Shown: piece by piece, positions 12,301 to 20,491 of the stretch | How positions within the stretch are numbered: position 1 is the first letter of the stretch | Layout: every line of letters starts with the position of its first letter | IMG/VR virus record: IMGVR_UViG_3300035703_002708 | Reading direction: 5' to 3' (one strand) | From: a virus | Lineage: Duplodnaviria > Caudoviricetes | Length of the DNA: 64,000 nucleotides | The notes under the pieces: model-generated | Databases searched by the model: none | What the model was told of the DNA's origin: nothing | What the model saw: only the letters and a program-made list of their open reading frames with translations | Position numbers and translations under genes: made by a program

Positions 12301-14550
12301 TTCTCCGAATTTAGAAACTAACAAAAATTTTGCTTGTGTCGTATCAGATAGATTTGTGGCGTTTTTATTTACAGATAAAATTGCGATTAGTATTGCGTTA
12401 TCTCTAAAATTACTAAAGGTTGTAAACGCCTCGTTTTGAGCGTTAGAAACCGCTTCTGCTAATGTTGAATATACTTGTTGACCGTATTGTAATCTAAATT
12501 GTCCGTTTTGTACTAGATATATTCTTTGGTTTGTAGATGAGTTAGAACCACCACCAACGGCAGTTAACACACCAAGATTATCATATACAGTAGGGTCAAT
12601 TAGAGTTGTGTTTGATGCGGTTCCACCTGTTTGAGTTCTATATTGAAATGTGCAAGGACTTGTTCCTGACACACTGATAGAGTCCGGATTAAGTGTGTTT
12701 AAAACCCAACCAATTCCTAATCCGTATAACACACCTGCAGATGTATTGAAACTTAAATTTACACCATTTGGGGACGGATAAATACCTCCATTTATTAATC
12801 TGATAGGTGTAAACATATCTCTAACTTGAGATAATGGGGAAACGTCAAAATCAGGTTCATTAAATGCGTTTATTAAAAATGTTTTATTTGCATGACCTAA
12901 TTTACCTAAATAAACGTTTTCTCGTCTTTGTTGTGGTGTTGGAAAACTTGTTTGTTGTAAAATTGTGCCACCACTTGTTAACAAAACGTATGTTTGAGTT
13001 GCCGTATTAACGTATATTGCAGGAACATTTGATTGGCCGGAATAGGTAATATATTGAACCGTTGGTTTAAGGTAATTTGAAGTATTTTCAACAAACCATG
13101 CCTGTACAGGTGCAATATTAAATGTTGTTCCTGAAGCAGACACCAAAGATAAGCCACTGAAAGCGAATATACCTGTAGAAATAACATTACCCTCTAAAAC
13201 ATTTCTTTGTAAATCAGTTAAAGAAAGTTGAATATTTTCATTATTAATATTAACATAAACTTTTCCTGTTGTTGTTCCTGTTTGTATTATATAACCAATT
13301 TCATTTGTTCTTGCGGATAAAGGGAATGATGGGACCGCATTACTGAATTGACCTGGGTCATCATAATCTAAATAAATTGTATCACCAGGAGTATATGTTG
13401 ATGGAATATTTAAGTCACTTAATATACCGTTTGTTATAGTAAGTCCTGATGAACCTGATGGAATTGTTTCTGCCGCCAAACCAGCAACTAAACCTGTTGT
13501 TCCTGTTGTTGTATTAACAGATAGTGTAATTGCCGGCAGTCCGTTTGATTGTGATATGATAGTAACAACACTACCTTTTGTAATTGCAGATGCAGTATCG
13601 TTGAAAACCCTTAGATATAGTTGTTGACCTGTATTAACAACAACAGGGTTATTAAGGTATGAATAATAACATAATGATTGTTCATCTTGATTGAAAAAGA
13701 CTCTACCACCAGATGCCGATGGATTGGGAGTATTCGTAGTAAAATCAACATACTGAAGATTTTCAATTGTCGTGGCGGTTATGGTTTGGGCGGACAGTGT
13801 TGGAACATTTAACCTGCCTGTCATTGTATCTCCTGTTATATGAACAAAATTATCATCAACATAATCGGTAAAACCTGTAATTGGTATGGTTGTACCTGAG
13901 TTGTTTTTTAAATAAAGTGTTCCTCCTGAATATGTTCCACCTGTTACCGCATTTAAAATTAATGGTTGTGTGGTTGCCGTATACGCAGAAAAGGTTGATA
14001 TCTCCACTCTATTATTTAAGGCGATATTTGTATCTTGTGCGAACTGATTGAAAGTTGAAACATCAACCTTCGAATTTAAAATTATCTCGGTACTAGCAGT
14101 GTAAGAAGTAAAAGTATCAAAAGACGTTATTCCACTTACCTCAAAAGTATTAGTATCGTTATAAGTAAAAACTATAGTGTTTCCTGAAACTGTGCCTCCC
14201 GTAACATACGTGTCAGTTAATCCTGAAATTGTTACTTGACTACCGTTAGAGTTTCTTAATTCTAATGTACCCGCAGAATAATCAAAAGTACCACCAGTTA
14301 CAAAAATCCCACTCGTTGCGGCAGAAACAGGTGCCCAAGTTGCATTACCTGATGCGTCACAAGTTAATACATAACCATCGAACTCTGAACCATCAGAATA
14401 AGTGAAACTTGCGTTTACCGTCAATCCCGAAATGAATTTTGGATTTTCCGCAACTGAACCACCGATTCTATAAACTATTCCTGAAATTAAGTCAGATTGT
14501 AATACGTAATTATATGAGTCTTTTATTAACTGACCTGAGATATTTGACAT
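6310..14550 (-). CDS. Giant mosaic tail-fibre/adhesin-like protein
   Basis: 2746 aa; many VTGGT(Y/F) units; ~24 SH(A/S)EG repeats; C1q/BclA-like and CBM-like segments; fibre-type C-terminus. Confidence 0.75.
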   Translation of the reverse strand: MSNISGQLIKDSYNYVLQSDLISGIVYRIGGSVAENPKFISGLTVNASFTYSDGSEFDGYVLTCDASGNATWAPVSAATSGIFVTGGTFDYSAGTLELRNSNGSQVTISGLTDTYVTGGTVSGNTIVFTYNDTNTFEVSGITSFDTFTSYTASTEIILNSKVDVSTFNQFAQDTNIALNNRVEISTFSAYTATTQPLILNAVTGGTYSGGTLYLKNNSGTTIPITGFTDYVDDNFVHITGDTMTGRLNVPTLSAQTITATTIENLQYVDFTTNTPNPSASGGRVFFNQDEQSLCYYSYLNNPVVVNTGQQLYLRVFNDTASAITKGSVVTIISQSNGLPAITLSVNTTTGTTGLVAGLAAETIPSGSSGLTITNGILSDLNIPSTYTPGDTIYLDYDDPGQFSNAVPSFPLSARTNEIGYIIQTGTTTGKVYVNINNENIQLSLTDLQRNVLEGNVISTGIFAFSGLSLVSASGTTFNIAPVQAWFVENTSNYLKPTVQYITYSGQSNVPAIYVNTATQTYVLLTSGGTILQQTSFPTPQQRRENVYLGKLGHANKTFLINAFNEPDFDVSPLSQVRDMFTPIRLINGGIYPSPNGVNLSFNTSAGVLYGLGIGWVLNTLNPDSISVSGTSPCTFQYRTQTGGTASNTTLIDPTVYDNLGVLTAVGGGSNSSTNQRIYLVQNGQFRLQYGQQVYSTLAEAVSNAQNEAFTTFSNFRDNAILIAILSVNKNATNLSDTTQAKFLLVSKFGETVGASGGISTTNLQQAYDNSVEPEIVINSTLDGVSIKNGTGNADNVSHLLQGENAAGTVTSFIRADGAISGSTIYGNGSGLTHVFNTVKIDGVPQFSANTNTFINFSGINVTISSGTNNTLIFSAGTGGGGSGSGTSITGGAFTYTGNTFSGGTLTLTDSNGNPIPISGLRDTFVTGGTYNGSQITFTNNSGSTFVVTGLTATGFSANYYGSFSDSTNQPLSGANTPTVWKYNRTELSNGITVVDNTKITVANTGVYEIGYSPQIEKTQGAGAIVTIWAAINGNPVARSSSTLGLVSNSVLQLPFVSFIFELNANDYVEFYFSSDNEFVQLTALSGLTTPTRPDSPSVIIVAKQVGLAVSQGGTGDTFVTGFSLTNDVLTLSQNTNSQYSGFSVNLSGYSPSITGATSVGSGTSIYDSTTDKVINIKSITSDTTNKVSVTSQNQTIELGVNEQNFTLWNLVVQGNKLLNGSVSYVSGLTFSVSPLEYLINGQIYTISAETTVTLSSGDSTFDRIDVIYADISGNTGVLQGTPSDNPEKPLVDGDTEIEVTFVLVRANSTSADVSTFVIYNENSGPPSEWTFGSGGVQPTRIIGNFTGVTYSGGTSIRVSGVTGAYTTFFRLTGLTELNTNNYSTLQFAIRNLSANTTTSLIRFRFLTTGGTQNGSVVTMNGAGTANVVQYSPTNVSTWQLISIPLWRFYLTNTNVQVLEASFSPQGTGAQSRYYFDLFEFVEGTSSAPPSNSWTTIQGDSTATTITAPNPNATLILSGGTNISSSISGTSTVVFNLDNNINLNGVTATTISATTYQNLPTDIRVTGGTYSNGNTTFRNNTGGTFTVTGSATYSSGILSGSSNWVSNGNGSVNLPAVQVALYNNSSYTEPVQVYTVSSGVTGSGGIAALTNNDTNYIYIEYNNGSPRWGVSTDNSFINGSDVDLCYLIYRADNFVHVLDFGNEGAGLPNKISNRIVAVNRFGRESGFSLGLSGVTGVVTLTSGVAWNGTNRQSLVAVNSQDDIFFKSFHSGGTWVYTTTGDTINNTYYDDGTDIVSGTTSKYLVNWYFRGQEVNDHLYEVYGTDEYDSVAEAQLSVEPSLPELITSHAFLTGRIIVQVGATTGLVESAFVQVFQSTQVTQHNDLTSIQGGTAGQYYHLTASEYSNNAYTNVDNNFSVGQTISGGLTADTVSATTYQNLPISGLTEGSNISITGSNGNFTVSVTGITSGGSFTGNTSASCVNDFYVSNIFGCDEITLQSSIQTTGSTVNGTLSHAEGGGTSVGTTLAYSGTIISGLISLDPIYGDLTGEFSSGDYLFLTDVEFDNVLFSQSFLIDTVNYTTQTDIQLVDTSLTSTTIYVLSTVDSSVWIGDKTIVSDYSHSEGQDSKAIGEGSHAEGRTSNSFGDGSHAEGIQNSSLGQYSHAEGSQTFAIGSASHSEGNLTKSIGIGSHSEGVGSQSVGNYSHSEGSNSISNGSFSHAEGRSTQSNGVYSHAEGTSTQSDGESSHAEGSGTISSGDYSHAEGSTTTSTGNFSHAEGESTESRGQYSHAEGLTTQSYGDYSHAEGRSTQSYANSSHAEGYGTISLGAASHAEGYYTQTFAVQSHSEGYYTKSGYLGYLASATTQTVTLYSTYGNLTSLFPGGSSIILDDADLSNLNGVLSIIVTGSTFDGTNTLLNLKDTISATTACTITLPDNPNPNSADVIKGDESHSEGYYTGTYGRGSHAEGYSGRSWGDYSHVEGLGSQSFGKYSHAEGGGVTYADNSHAEGGGIAYGNYSHAQGGGITVGTQSFAQGYRSVAIGDSSAAIGYYTITSKDYQVAVGKFNTTGNTTSVFVIGNGTTDINRSDLALFNQNGVIFNAGFSATSVSAATYQNVNAVTGGTYAAGQITLSGTGNVNGTQISTKILPVALTVVSNTASTDASLSSTFTLTLTGNTTLATPTNGFSGQRIVYQLKQDGTGSKLLTLSSGFRSGPITVTLSTAANTTDYLGVIYNAIDDKWDVLALNKGYS
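6950..8230 (-). repeat. Coding repeat: YadA-head-like SH(A/S)EG units, mostly 14 aa period
   Basis: YSHAEG/GSHAEG/YSHSEG repeated through this interval with one insertion. Confidence 0.8.
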
Positions 14551-14582
14551 ACATTAAAAATTATAACGGTTTTGATATCTTA

Positions 14583-14589
14583 ATAAATA
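14583..14589 (-). promoter_or_regulatory. TATTTAT putative late promoter of the fibre operon
   Basis: ataaata on the plus strand about 30 nt upstream of the 14550 start. Confidence 0.55.
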
Positions 14590-14604
14590 CTTATAATTAT
14601 AGTT

Positions 14605-14919
14605 ATGGCAACAATATGTTACGCATGGGACGATGCGGATTTTAGTTGGGACACAGCACCAATTACTTGGATTGAAGGATGTTTGATTGAGAAAATCCAA
14701 GCGGGAGGCTCGGTCAAACCAGCGAAGGTTTTGAAAAAACTGACCGATGAAGAAAAGAAGGTCTTAATCGGTCTTGTTGTTAAATTCAGAAAACAAAACG
14801 GTTATGAAGTTGAGGTGAAGGCAAACAAAGTAAAAAATAAAAAATCCAAAGTTACAATAAAGGAAATGGAACTATTTATTAAGGAAGTTCAACAAATAAA
14901 AGTAAATGTAATATTCTGA
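14605..14919 (+). CDS. Hypothetical protein
   Basis: 104 aa, first of a coupled plus-strand series. Confidence 0.7.
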   Translation: MATICYAWDDADFSWDTAPITWIEGCLIEKIQAGGSVKPAKVLKKLTDEEKKVLIGLVVKFRKQNGYEVEVKANKVKNKKSKVTIKEMELFIKEVQQIKVNVIF

Positions 14920-14920
14920 T

Positions 14921-15424
14921 ATGAGTTATAAATTATTCACAGATAAGGTAAATAAGTTCCAATGTTCAATCCAAGTAGAAGGAACATCTTTGGAAAAATC
15001 TCAAGCGAGAGTTATTTTGGAAATCAACGATGAAATGGCATACCTTTTCAAAGGTAAAATCTTTGAAAATGGTGTATGTGAATTTGAATTACCAAAATTA
15101 AAAGGTATATTAAACGAAGGAGATAAAGGATTACTTAAATTAGAGGTAATTGCTGATGACGTACATTTTGAGCCTTGGAACTCTGAATTTGTTGTTGGTG
15201 CAGACAAGAAAGTTAATGTTGTCGTACAAGAACAAAAAGAAAATGACAAACCAAAAATTGTTATGAATGAAATCTCTTTGACAAGAGTTGAAGACAAACC
15301 AAGAATTCAAGAAAGAAAACCTCAAAAAGTTCAAGAAACCAAAAAGGTTGTTAAAAGGCCGGTTCAGGATTCACCTTATATGACAAAAGAAGATTTGTTG
15401 AGAAAGTTACTAAATAAACGATGA
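14921..15424 (+). CDS. Hypothetical protein
   Basis: 167 aa ORF. Confidence 0.7.
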   Translation: MSYKLFTDKVNKFQCSIQVEGTSLEKSQARVILEINDEMAYLFKGKIFENGVCEFELPKLKGILNEGDKGLLKLEVIADDVHFEPWNSEFVVGADKKVNVVVQEQKENDKPKIVMNEISLTRVEDKPRIQERKPQKVQETKKVVKRPVQDSPYMTKEDLLRKLLNKR

Positions 15425-15732
15425 GTAAATATGTAATTTCTGAGCCTCAGTTTTTGAAAGTGTTCGATAAATTGATGCAGAGACGAATAGTGGATTTGAC
15501 CAAGAAAACTTCACAAACTCACAAAGGGTGGTTTTTTTGGGTTAATAAAACGGACCATATTATCATTACTTATATTCCTTTTTTGAATACTGTTGAAGTT
15601 CATAATGAATTGTTTTATTTCCTCCAAAGTATTTTTGATTTATCTCTTTCTGCGTTCAAAAAACTCATGCAAAAATGGTTATCCGAAAATTTGAAGTTAC
15701 CCGAAGACGTTAAAGTTGAAATTACAGGATAA
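15421..15732 (+). CDS. Hypothetical protein
   Basis: 103 aa; ATGA overlap with the previous gene. Confidence 0.65.
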   Translation: MSKYVISEPQFLKVFDKLMQRRIVDLTKKTSQTHKGWFFWVNKTDHIIITYIPFLNTVEVHNELFYFLQSIFDLSLSAFKKLMQKWLSENLKLPEDVKVEITG

Positions 15733-15752
15733 TTCTATAATATTTATCAAAT

Positions 15753-16202
15753 ATGGAATTGATTACAACAAAAATATGTATGTCATCCGACATCGGTGTG
15801 CATGGAAACTTATTTGGTGGAACGATGATGAGTTGGATTGATGAGGCAGGAGCCGCCTACGCATCTCAAATCTGTGACACGCCAAGAATGGTCACAGTAA
15901 AAATCAACGAACTTATATTTAAGAAACCTATAAAGGTAGGTAATCTTATAAAAATATATGGTTCAGTTAAAGAATTTGGTAAAACCTCAGCCACTATGAA
16001 TATTGAGGTCAGAAAACATAATGTTTATACAGGAGAACAAACCGTCGTAACTCACACAGAAATCAAGTTTGTAAGAATTGATGATGACGGAAACCCCCTA
16101 CCTATATCCGACAGAGTTAAAAAAAGATATGAAGAAAGAATTAGACAATTTGGTCGAGGTTTATTATCTTTTGAAGAGTTAGAAAGTTTTAACAAATCCT
16201 AA
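15753..16202 (+). CDS. Hotdog-fold acyl-CoA thioesterase (YciA-like)
   Basis: DIGVHGNLFGGTMMSWIDEAG, FKKPIKVG, FVRIDDDGNP. Confidence 0.85.
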   Translation: MELITTKICMSSDIGVHGNLFGGTMMSWIDEAGAAYASQICDTPRMVTVKINELIFKKPIKVGNLIKIYGSVKEFGKTSATMNIEVRKHNVYTGEQTVVTHTEIKFVRIDDDGNPLPISDRVKKRYEERIRQFGRGLLSFEELESFNKS

Positions 16203-16203
16203 T

Positions 16204-17244
16204 ATGAAACAAAAATTTGATTTCAAAGACATCGTCTTGGTACCCGAGGCGTTGACTGACATTTTTTCACGCAAAGACGTTGATGTATTCACCCCCGAAC
16301 ATTTTTTACCCGTTATGGTATCTCCTATGGATACTGTGGTAAATCACGAAAACTACAAGGTATTTGAGGAAAATGGTATGATAGTATGTCTTCCAAGAGG
16401 AGTTAAGGTACTAACCACAAACTCAAGATTATTTATGTCATTGTCATTAGAAGATTTTGAAAAGTTTGTAGATGACTATTCTGTTGGTATTTTTCCAAAA
16501 GGTAGAGTTAGTATCTTGGTTGATATTGCAAACGGACATATGAGAAAACTATATAACTTGGTTGATAAGTTTTTAACTCATCGTAGAGTGGACTTAGGAC
16601 ACGAAATTATGGTTGGAAATATTGCAAACCCCCAAACTTACGGTGAATACGCAAAATTAGGTGTTGATTACATCAGAGTTGGTATTGGTGGTGGTTCAGG
16701 TTGTTTGACATCAGCAAACACAGGAGTTCATTATCCTATGGCTTCATTAATTAATGAATGTTTTGAAATAAAAAAATCAAACAAATATAAAACTCGTATT
16801 GTTGCCGATGGTGGATTTAGAAATTATGATGAAATTATCAAAGCCATTTCATTAGGTGCTGATTACGTAATGTTAGGTGGTATTTTAAATAAAACTTTGG
16901 AATCTTGTGGTCAGAACTACTTGTTTAAGAAAATTAAAATCTCACAATCAATTGCCGAATACATTTGGAATAATGTGCCGTTTCTAAAAAAACACCTATA
17001 TAAATCATTTAGAGGAATGTCAACAAAAGAAGTTCAGAAAAAATGGGGTAGAGAGGTCTTGAAAACGTCAGAAGGAATTTCTAAATTTAATAAAGTAGAA
17101 TATACGGTCCCACAATGGGTCAATAACTTCAACGATTACTTGTCTTCTGCTATGTCTTATACGAATTCAATCAATTTGGATTCATTTAGAGAAGCAAGAC
17201 ACGAACATATTACAGAAAACGCACTTAAAAGATTTTACAAATAA
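16204..17244 (+). CDS. guaC: GMP reductase (IMPDH/GMPR family)
   Basis: SPMDTV, VDIANGH, GIGGGSGC catalytic loop, VADGG, FRGMS and TSEG (GMPR-like rather than IMPDH GMGS); no CBS domain. Confidence 0.7.
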   Translation: MKQKFDFKDIVLVPEALTDIFSRKDVDVFTPEHFLPVMVSPMDTVVNHENYKVFEENGMIVCLPRGVKVLTTNSRLFMSLSLEDFEKFVDDYSVGIFPKGRVSILVDIANGHMRKLYNLVDKFLTHRRVDLGHEIMVGNIANPQTYGEYAKLGVDYIRVGIGGGSGCLTSANTGVHYPMASLINECFEIKKSNKYKTRIVADGGFRNYDEIIKAISLGADYVMLGGILNKTLESCGQNYLFKKIKISQSIAEYIWNNVPFLKKHLYKSFRGMSTKEVQKKWGREVLKTSEGISKFNKVEYTVPQWVNNFNDYLSSAMSYTNSINLDSFREARHEHITENALKRFYK

Positions 17245-17248
17245 TACT

Positions 17249-18355
17249 ATGTCACGACTTAACGAACTTAAAAAACATAACCCACAGTGGACCAAAAACT
17301 TTATTGATTATGTTGATATTATTTTAGGAGATACAAAACCAAAATATACTGAATTATTCATAAATTTGATGAAACAGTATGTAAAACAAGATAGTAAATA
17401 TAATTTTGATGAGTGGAGAGCCGAACTAATTGCGGAAGGTTATGACAAATCAATTGTAGATTCATTTAATGATTTGGAGTTGATTTATTTTTCTAGGGTA
17501 ATTCAAAATATGATACCAAAACATGAGTTCGAAACATACAAACAATTTATTGATTTGAATGAGAGAAACTTTATCGAAAACAAAGATATTACATCAATCA
17601 AATCGTTCAAACAATTAAATGAGTTGGTGTCATTAGCAGAAATTAAAAGTTGGGAAAAGGAATCACAAAGTCAGGTTATTGTTGAACTAGATAATCCTGA
17701 AACAGGTTGGTTACTTGTAAGACCTTTAACATATGAAGCATCGAAAAAATACGGTTCATCAACCAAATGGTGTACGACTGAAAAATACAACTCAACATAT
17801 TTTTATAGATATTATAAGAACATTTTGGTTTATTGTATCAATAGAAAAACAGGATATAAAGTTGCAATGAACCACGTAGTGTTTGATAACGAAACCAGTT
17901 TTTGGAACGCAACCGACCAAAGAATTGACTCACTACTCACAGAATTGGATACCGAGTGTAAAGAAAAATTAGTTGAGTTAATTAATAAAGGAGTTTCAAA
18001 TTATGAATTAACACCTGATGAATATAGAAAGTTAGAGGAATCAGATTTAAGAGAAGAAGACTATCCAATACCTGTAGTTGAGAGACCAAGACTTAGACTT
18101 GTAGAAAATGACTTAGTCGTTAGAGGTGATAATCTTACACTTACAACAGGTGATAATGTAATCAACATCAATCCACCAACCCTTACTAACGGAAATGGTG
18201 TAATTTCTCTCAATCCACCAAATGGAATCAGAGTATATGAAAGACCTGGAAATGTCAATCTTACTTATGATTTAGATACGATTTTACCACAGATGGATAT
18301 CTCAGATTGGGTCAAAGATATTAGTTCCAATATGGATTCACAAAATAATGGTTAA
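17249..18355 (+). CDS. Hypothetical protein
   Basis: 368 aa; ASKKYGSSTKWCTT motif; low-complexity C-terminus. Confidence 0.7.
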   Translation: MSRLNELKKHNPQWTKNFIDYVDIILGDTKPKYTELFINLMKQYVKQDSKYNFDEWRAELIAEGYDKSIVDSFNDLELIYFSRVIQNMIPKHEFETYKQFIDLNERNFIENKDITSIKSFKQLNELVSLAEIKSWEKESQSQVIVELDNPETGWLLVRPLTYEASKKYGSSTKWCTTEKYNSTYFYRYYKNILVYCINRKTGYKVAMNHVVFDNETSFWNATDQRIDSLLTELDTECKEKLVELINKGVSNYELTPDEYRKLEESDLREEDYPIPVVERPRLRLVENDLVVRGDNLTLTTGDNVININPPTLTNGNGVISLNPPNGIRVYERPGNVNLTYDLDTILPQMDISDWVKDISSNMDSQNNG

Positions 18356-18356
18356 T

Positions 18357-18392
18357 AAAAAAAGGGACTAAAAAGTCCCTTTTATTTTTCCG
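18357..18392. terminator. Bidirectional intrinsic terminator
   Basis: aaaaaaagggact-aaaa-agtcccttttt between convergent genes. Confidence 0.85.
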
Positions 18393-18408
18393 TTTGAATC
18401 GATTTTGA

Positions 18409-18780
18409 TTACCACGCACGACAACTCCAGTATCTGGATTTTGTCTTGGGACCTGGATTGTCGCAATTGTGTCTTGCTCTGAAAGATTTTCTTCTTTCAG
18501 GGTCACTTTTTTTGATTTTCATATTAGGGTCACCGAAATTAACCTTAACAATATTTCCCTTCTCATTTTTAACATATACTGACCTCTTTTTAGGACCGCC
18601 AGGCGTATAAAATGGTTTGTTAAGAGTTACTTTTTTACCTTTGTATTTAGCCTCGTTAATCAATTCTGTCGAACCGTACTCATCCTCATAGATTAATTTC
18701 CCTTTGAGTACAGGAATTCTTTCGTCACGGCTTTCAAATTCTTCCTTGAGAATTTTTCTTATTAAATAATCTAAGTTCAT
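18409..18780 (-). CDS. Basic hypothetical protein with acidic leader ending LINE|A
   Basis: 123 aa; TATTTAT at 18796-18802 (minus strand). Confidence 0.7.
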   Translation of the reverse strand: MNLDYLIRKILKEEFESRDERIPVLKGKLIYEDEYGSTELINEAKYKGKKVTLNKPFYTPGGPKKRSVYVKNEKGNIVKVNFGDPNMKIKKSDPERRKSFRARHNCDNPGPKTKSRYWSCRAW

Positions 18781-18859
18781 ATCTTTAGTTTTATTATAAA
18801 TATCATTTAAGGGTCAAATCTAATTTGATTCATGACTAAAAATTTTGTATTCTTGTTTT

Positions 18860-19246
18860 ATGGAAAAGACGATAATTCTAATTAGAGGAATTTGTGGCGC
18901 AGGAAAATCGACAACTGCTAAAGTTCTTGGACTACCCACATTTGAAGCCGACGATTTCTTTTATGAGGATGGTGAATATAAGTTTGACCATTCAAAAATT
19001 AGAGATGCTCACAAGTCCTGTCAGGATAGAGTAAGGTATGCTATGGAAAATGGTATTAACAAACTAATAGTGTCAAATACATTCACTCAAGAGTGGGAAA
19101 TGGAATATTATTTTAATTTAGCGAAGGAGTTGAATTACCGAATTATTTCTCTTATCGTTGAGAACCGTCACGGAAGTCAAAGTATCCACGATGTACCACA
19201 GGACACACTAAACAAAATGAATAACCGATTTGATATAAAACTATGA
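18860..19246 (+). CDS. P-loop kinase (AAA_33 / polynucleotide-kinase-like)
   Basis: IRGICGAGKST, FEADDFF, VSNTFTQEWE, NRHG..HDVP; TATTCTTG at 18848-18855 is 4 nt before ATG 18860. Confidence 0.85.
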   Translation: MEKTIILIRGICGAGKSTTAKVLGLPTFEADDFFYEDGEYKFDHSKIRDAHKSCQDRVRYAMENGINKLIVSNTFTQEWEMEYYFNLAKELNYRIISLIVENRHGSQSIHDVPQDTLNKMNNRFDIKL

Positions 19247-19467
19247 CTAATATAAAATATATTTTCGCATTTTTACTACTATTAAGTAGAATAATTATAG
19301 GACTTTTTTGTTTCTACCATCTTGTAATGAACATCAGAAACCCAATCGATTATCCGTTGGAAAGGATTAATTGGTTTTTATATTTCTTTGTTTTGGAACT
19401 TTGGTTTTATAATGCGATGAGTAAACCAACGGATAGTTACGACCCTGATAATAAAGATGAAGAATAA
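19243..19467 (+). CDS. Small membrane protein
   Basis: 74 aa with two hydrophobic segments. Confidence 0.6.
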   Translation: MTNIKYIFAFLLLLSRIIIGLFCFYHLVMNIRNPIDYPLERINWFLYFFVLELWFYNAMSKPTDSYDPDNKDEE

Positions 19468-19515
19468 TTTAAAATTTGCACTTTTCAAAGTATTTATTTG
19501 GAAAGTGCATTTTTT

Positions 19516-20043
19516 ATGAAAGTTATTAAACTAAAAGAAAGCGATTTAAAACGCATCGTTCAGAGGGTAATTAAGGAAGAGGAATCTTCACAAGGGGAAC
19601 AAACAGAAACAAAACAAAGGTGTCTAACCACCAATACATATTCATTAGATGAAATTGTTGGTGATTCAGATAGTTTTAGACCTTACTCTGATGCTTTGAA
19701 CAAAAGAAACGGTGGTGTTACTGGTATCATAGATACATTAGATTTACTTAAAACAATCAGGTTAAACAAAAATATAAATGATGGTGGAGAACACCTATCA
19801 TATGATTTACTTAATCACTTGAATAAATTTCGTAATAAAAACTATTATGATGAAACTTCAAGTGTGTGTCAACCCGCTATTGAGAAAATCATAGAACTTT
19901 ACAAAGAAAACGAACACGGTGATGAACTTGTAAAAGACATCGAAAAAGTATTGGGTTTACAGTCAAGAAACGATGAAATCACCCCATCTCCAAGAACAAA
20001 AGAATATTTGAAGCGTTGTTTAATGCTAATCAAAGGAAAATAA
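19516..20043 (+). CDS. Hypothetical protein with IKLKESDLKRIVQRVIKEE leader
   Basis: In-frame ATG at 19516; TATTTAT at 19491-19497. Confidence 0.7.
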   Translation: MKVIKLKESDLKRIVQRVIKEEESSQGEQTETKQRCLTTNTYSLDEIVGDSDSFRPYSDALNKRNGGVTGIIDTLDLLKTIRLNKNINDGGEHLSYDLLNHLNKFRNKNYYDETSSVCQPAIEKIIELYKENEHGDELVKDIEKVLGLQSRNDEITPSPRTKEYLKRCLMLIKGK

Positions 20044-20095
20044 TGACCCCTGTTTATCGTATGGGGACTTAGGACCGTTTTGAAGAACGGGAAGT

Positions 20096-20130
20096 TAAAA
20101 GGGACAATTCGCTACTGTCCCTTTTTTTAT
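20096..20130. terminator. Intrinsic terminator
   Basis: aaaagggaca..tgtcccttttttt. Confidence 0.8.
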
Positions 20131-20158
20131 TTTGCCATATTTATAAATAAACATTATT

Positions 20159-20290
20159 ATGGCTAGTAAAACAAAATCAAATGCTAATGTAGGAAGAATT
20201 TCTTTCGGTGCTAAAAGAACAGGTAAGGCAAAAAAGAAATTCGGACCAAAAGCATCAAGACCAAAAAAATATAGAGGACAAGGTAGATAA
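20159..20290 (+). CDS. 43 aa very basic peptide MASKTKSNANVGRISFGAKRTGKAKKKFGPKASRPKKYRGQGR
   Basis: Below the ORF-track cutoff; translated by hand; TATTTAT at 20138-20144. Confidence 0.7.
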   Translation: MASKTKSNANVGRISFGAKRTGKAKKKFGPKASRPKKYRGQGR

Positions 20291-20314
20291 GAATTTTTTT
20301 TGTATATTTGCGAT

Positions 20315-20476
20315 ATGGCGAAGACAAAAATCATTTCAGTTCCGATGTCCAATCAACAAAAGTTGGTTGAGTTAGGTTATCTTATAAAAGATAGAAAGGC
20401 TAAACGATTGTATTATTGTTTGGATGAGTTTTATTTTGAAATAAGTGACGATACTCCTGCAACTAAAAAGAAGTAA
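20315..20476 (+). CDS. 53 aa hypothetical protein MAKTKIISVPM...ATKKK
   Basis: Translated by hand; TATATTTG at 20303-20310 is 4 nt before ATG. Confidence 0.65.
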   Translation: MAKTKIISVPMSNQQKLVELGYLIKDRKAKRLYYCLDEFYFEISDDTPATKKK

Positions 20477-20491
20477 AGAGTATTTATTATT

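Noticed and set aside
4952-14645. Short ORFs antisense or out of frame within the fibre genes (e.g. 7581-7979, 8268-8597), and similar shadows elsewhere
   Set aside because: Shadow ORFs of long coding or repetitive genes; no promoters or coherent protein features
20044-20095. Two GC-rich hairpins before the terminator (CCCC/GGGG, CCGTT/AACGG)
   Set aside because: No own promoter and no recognisable family; too weak to call as an RNA element
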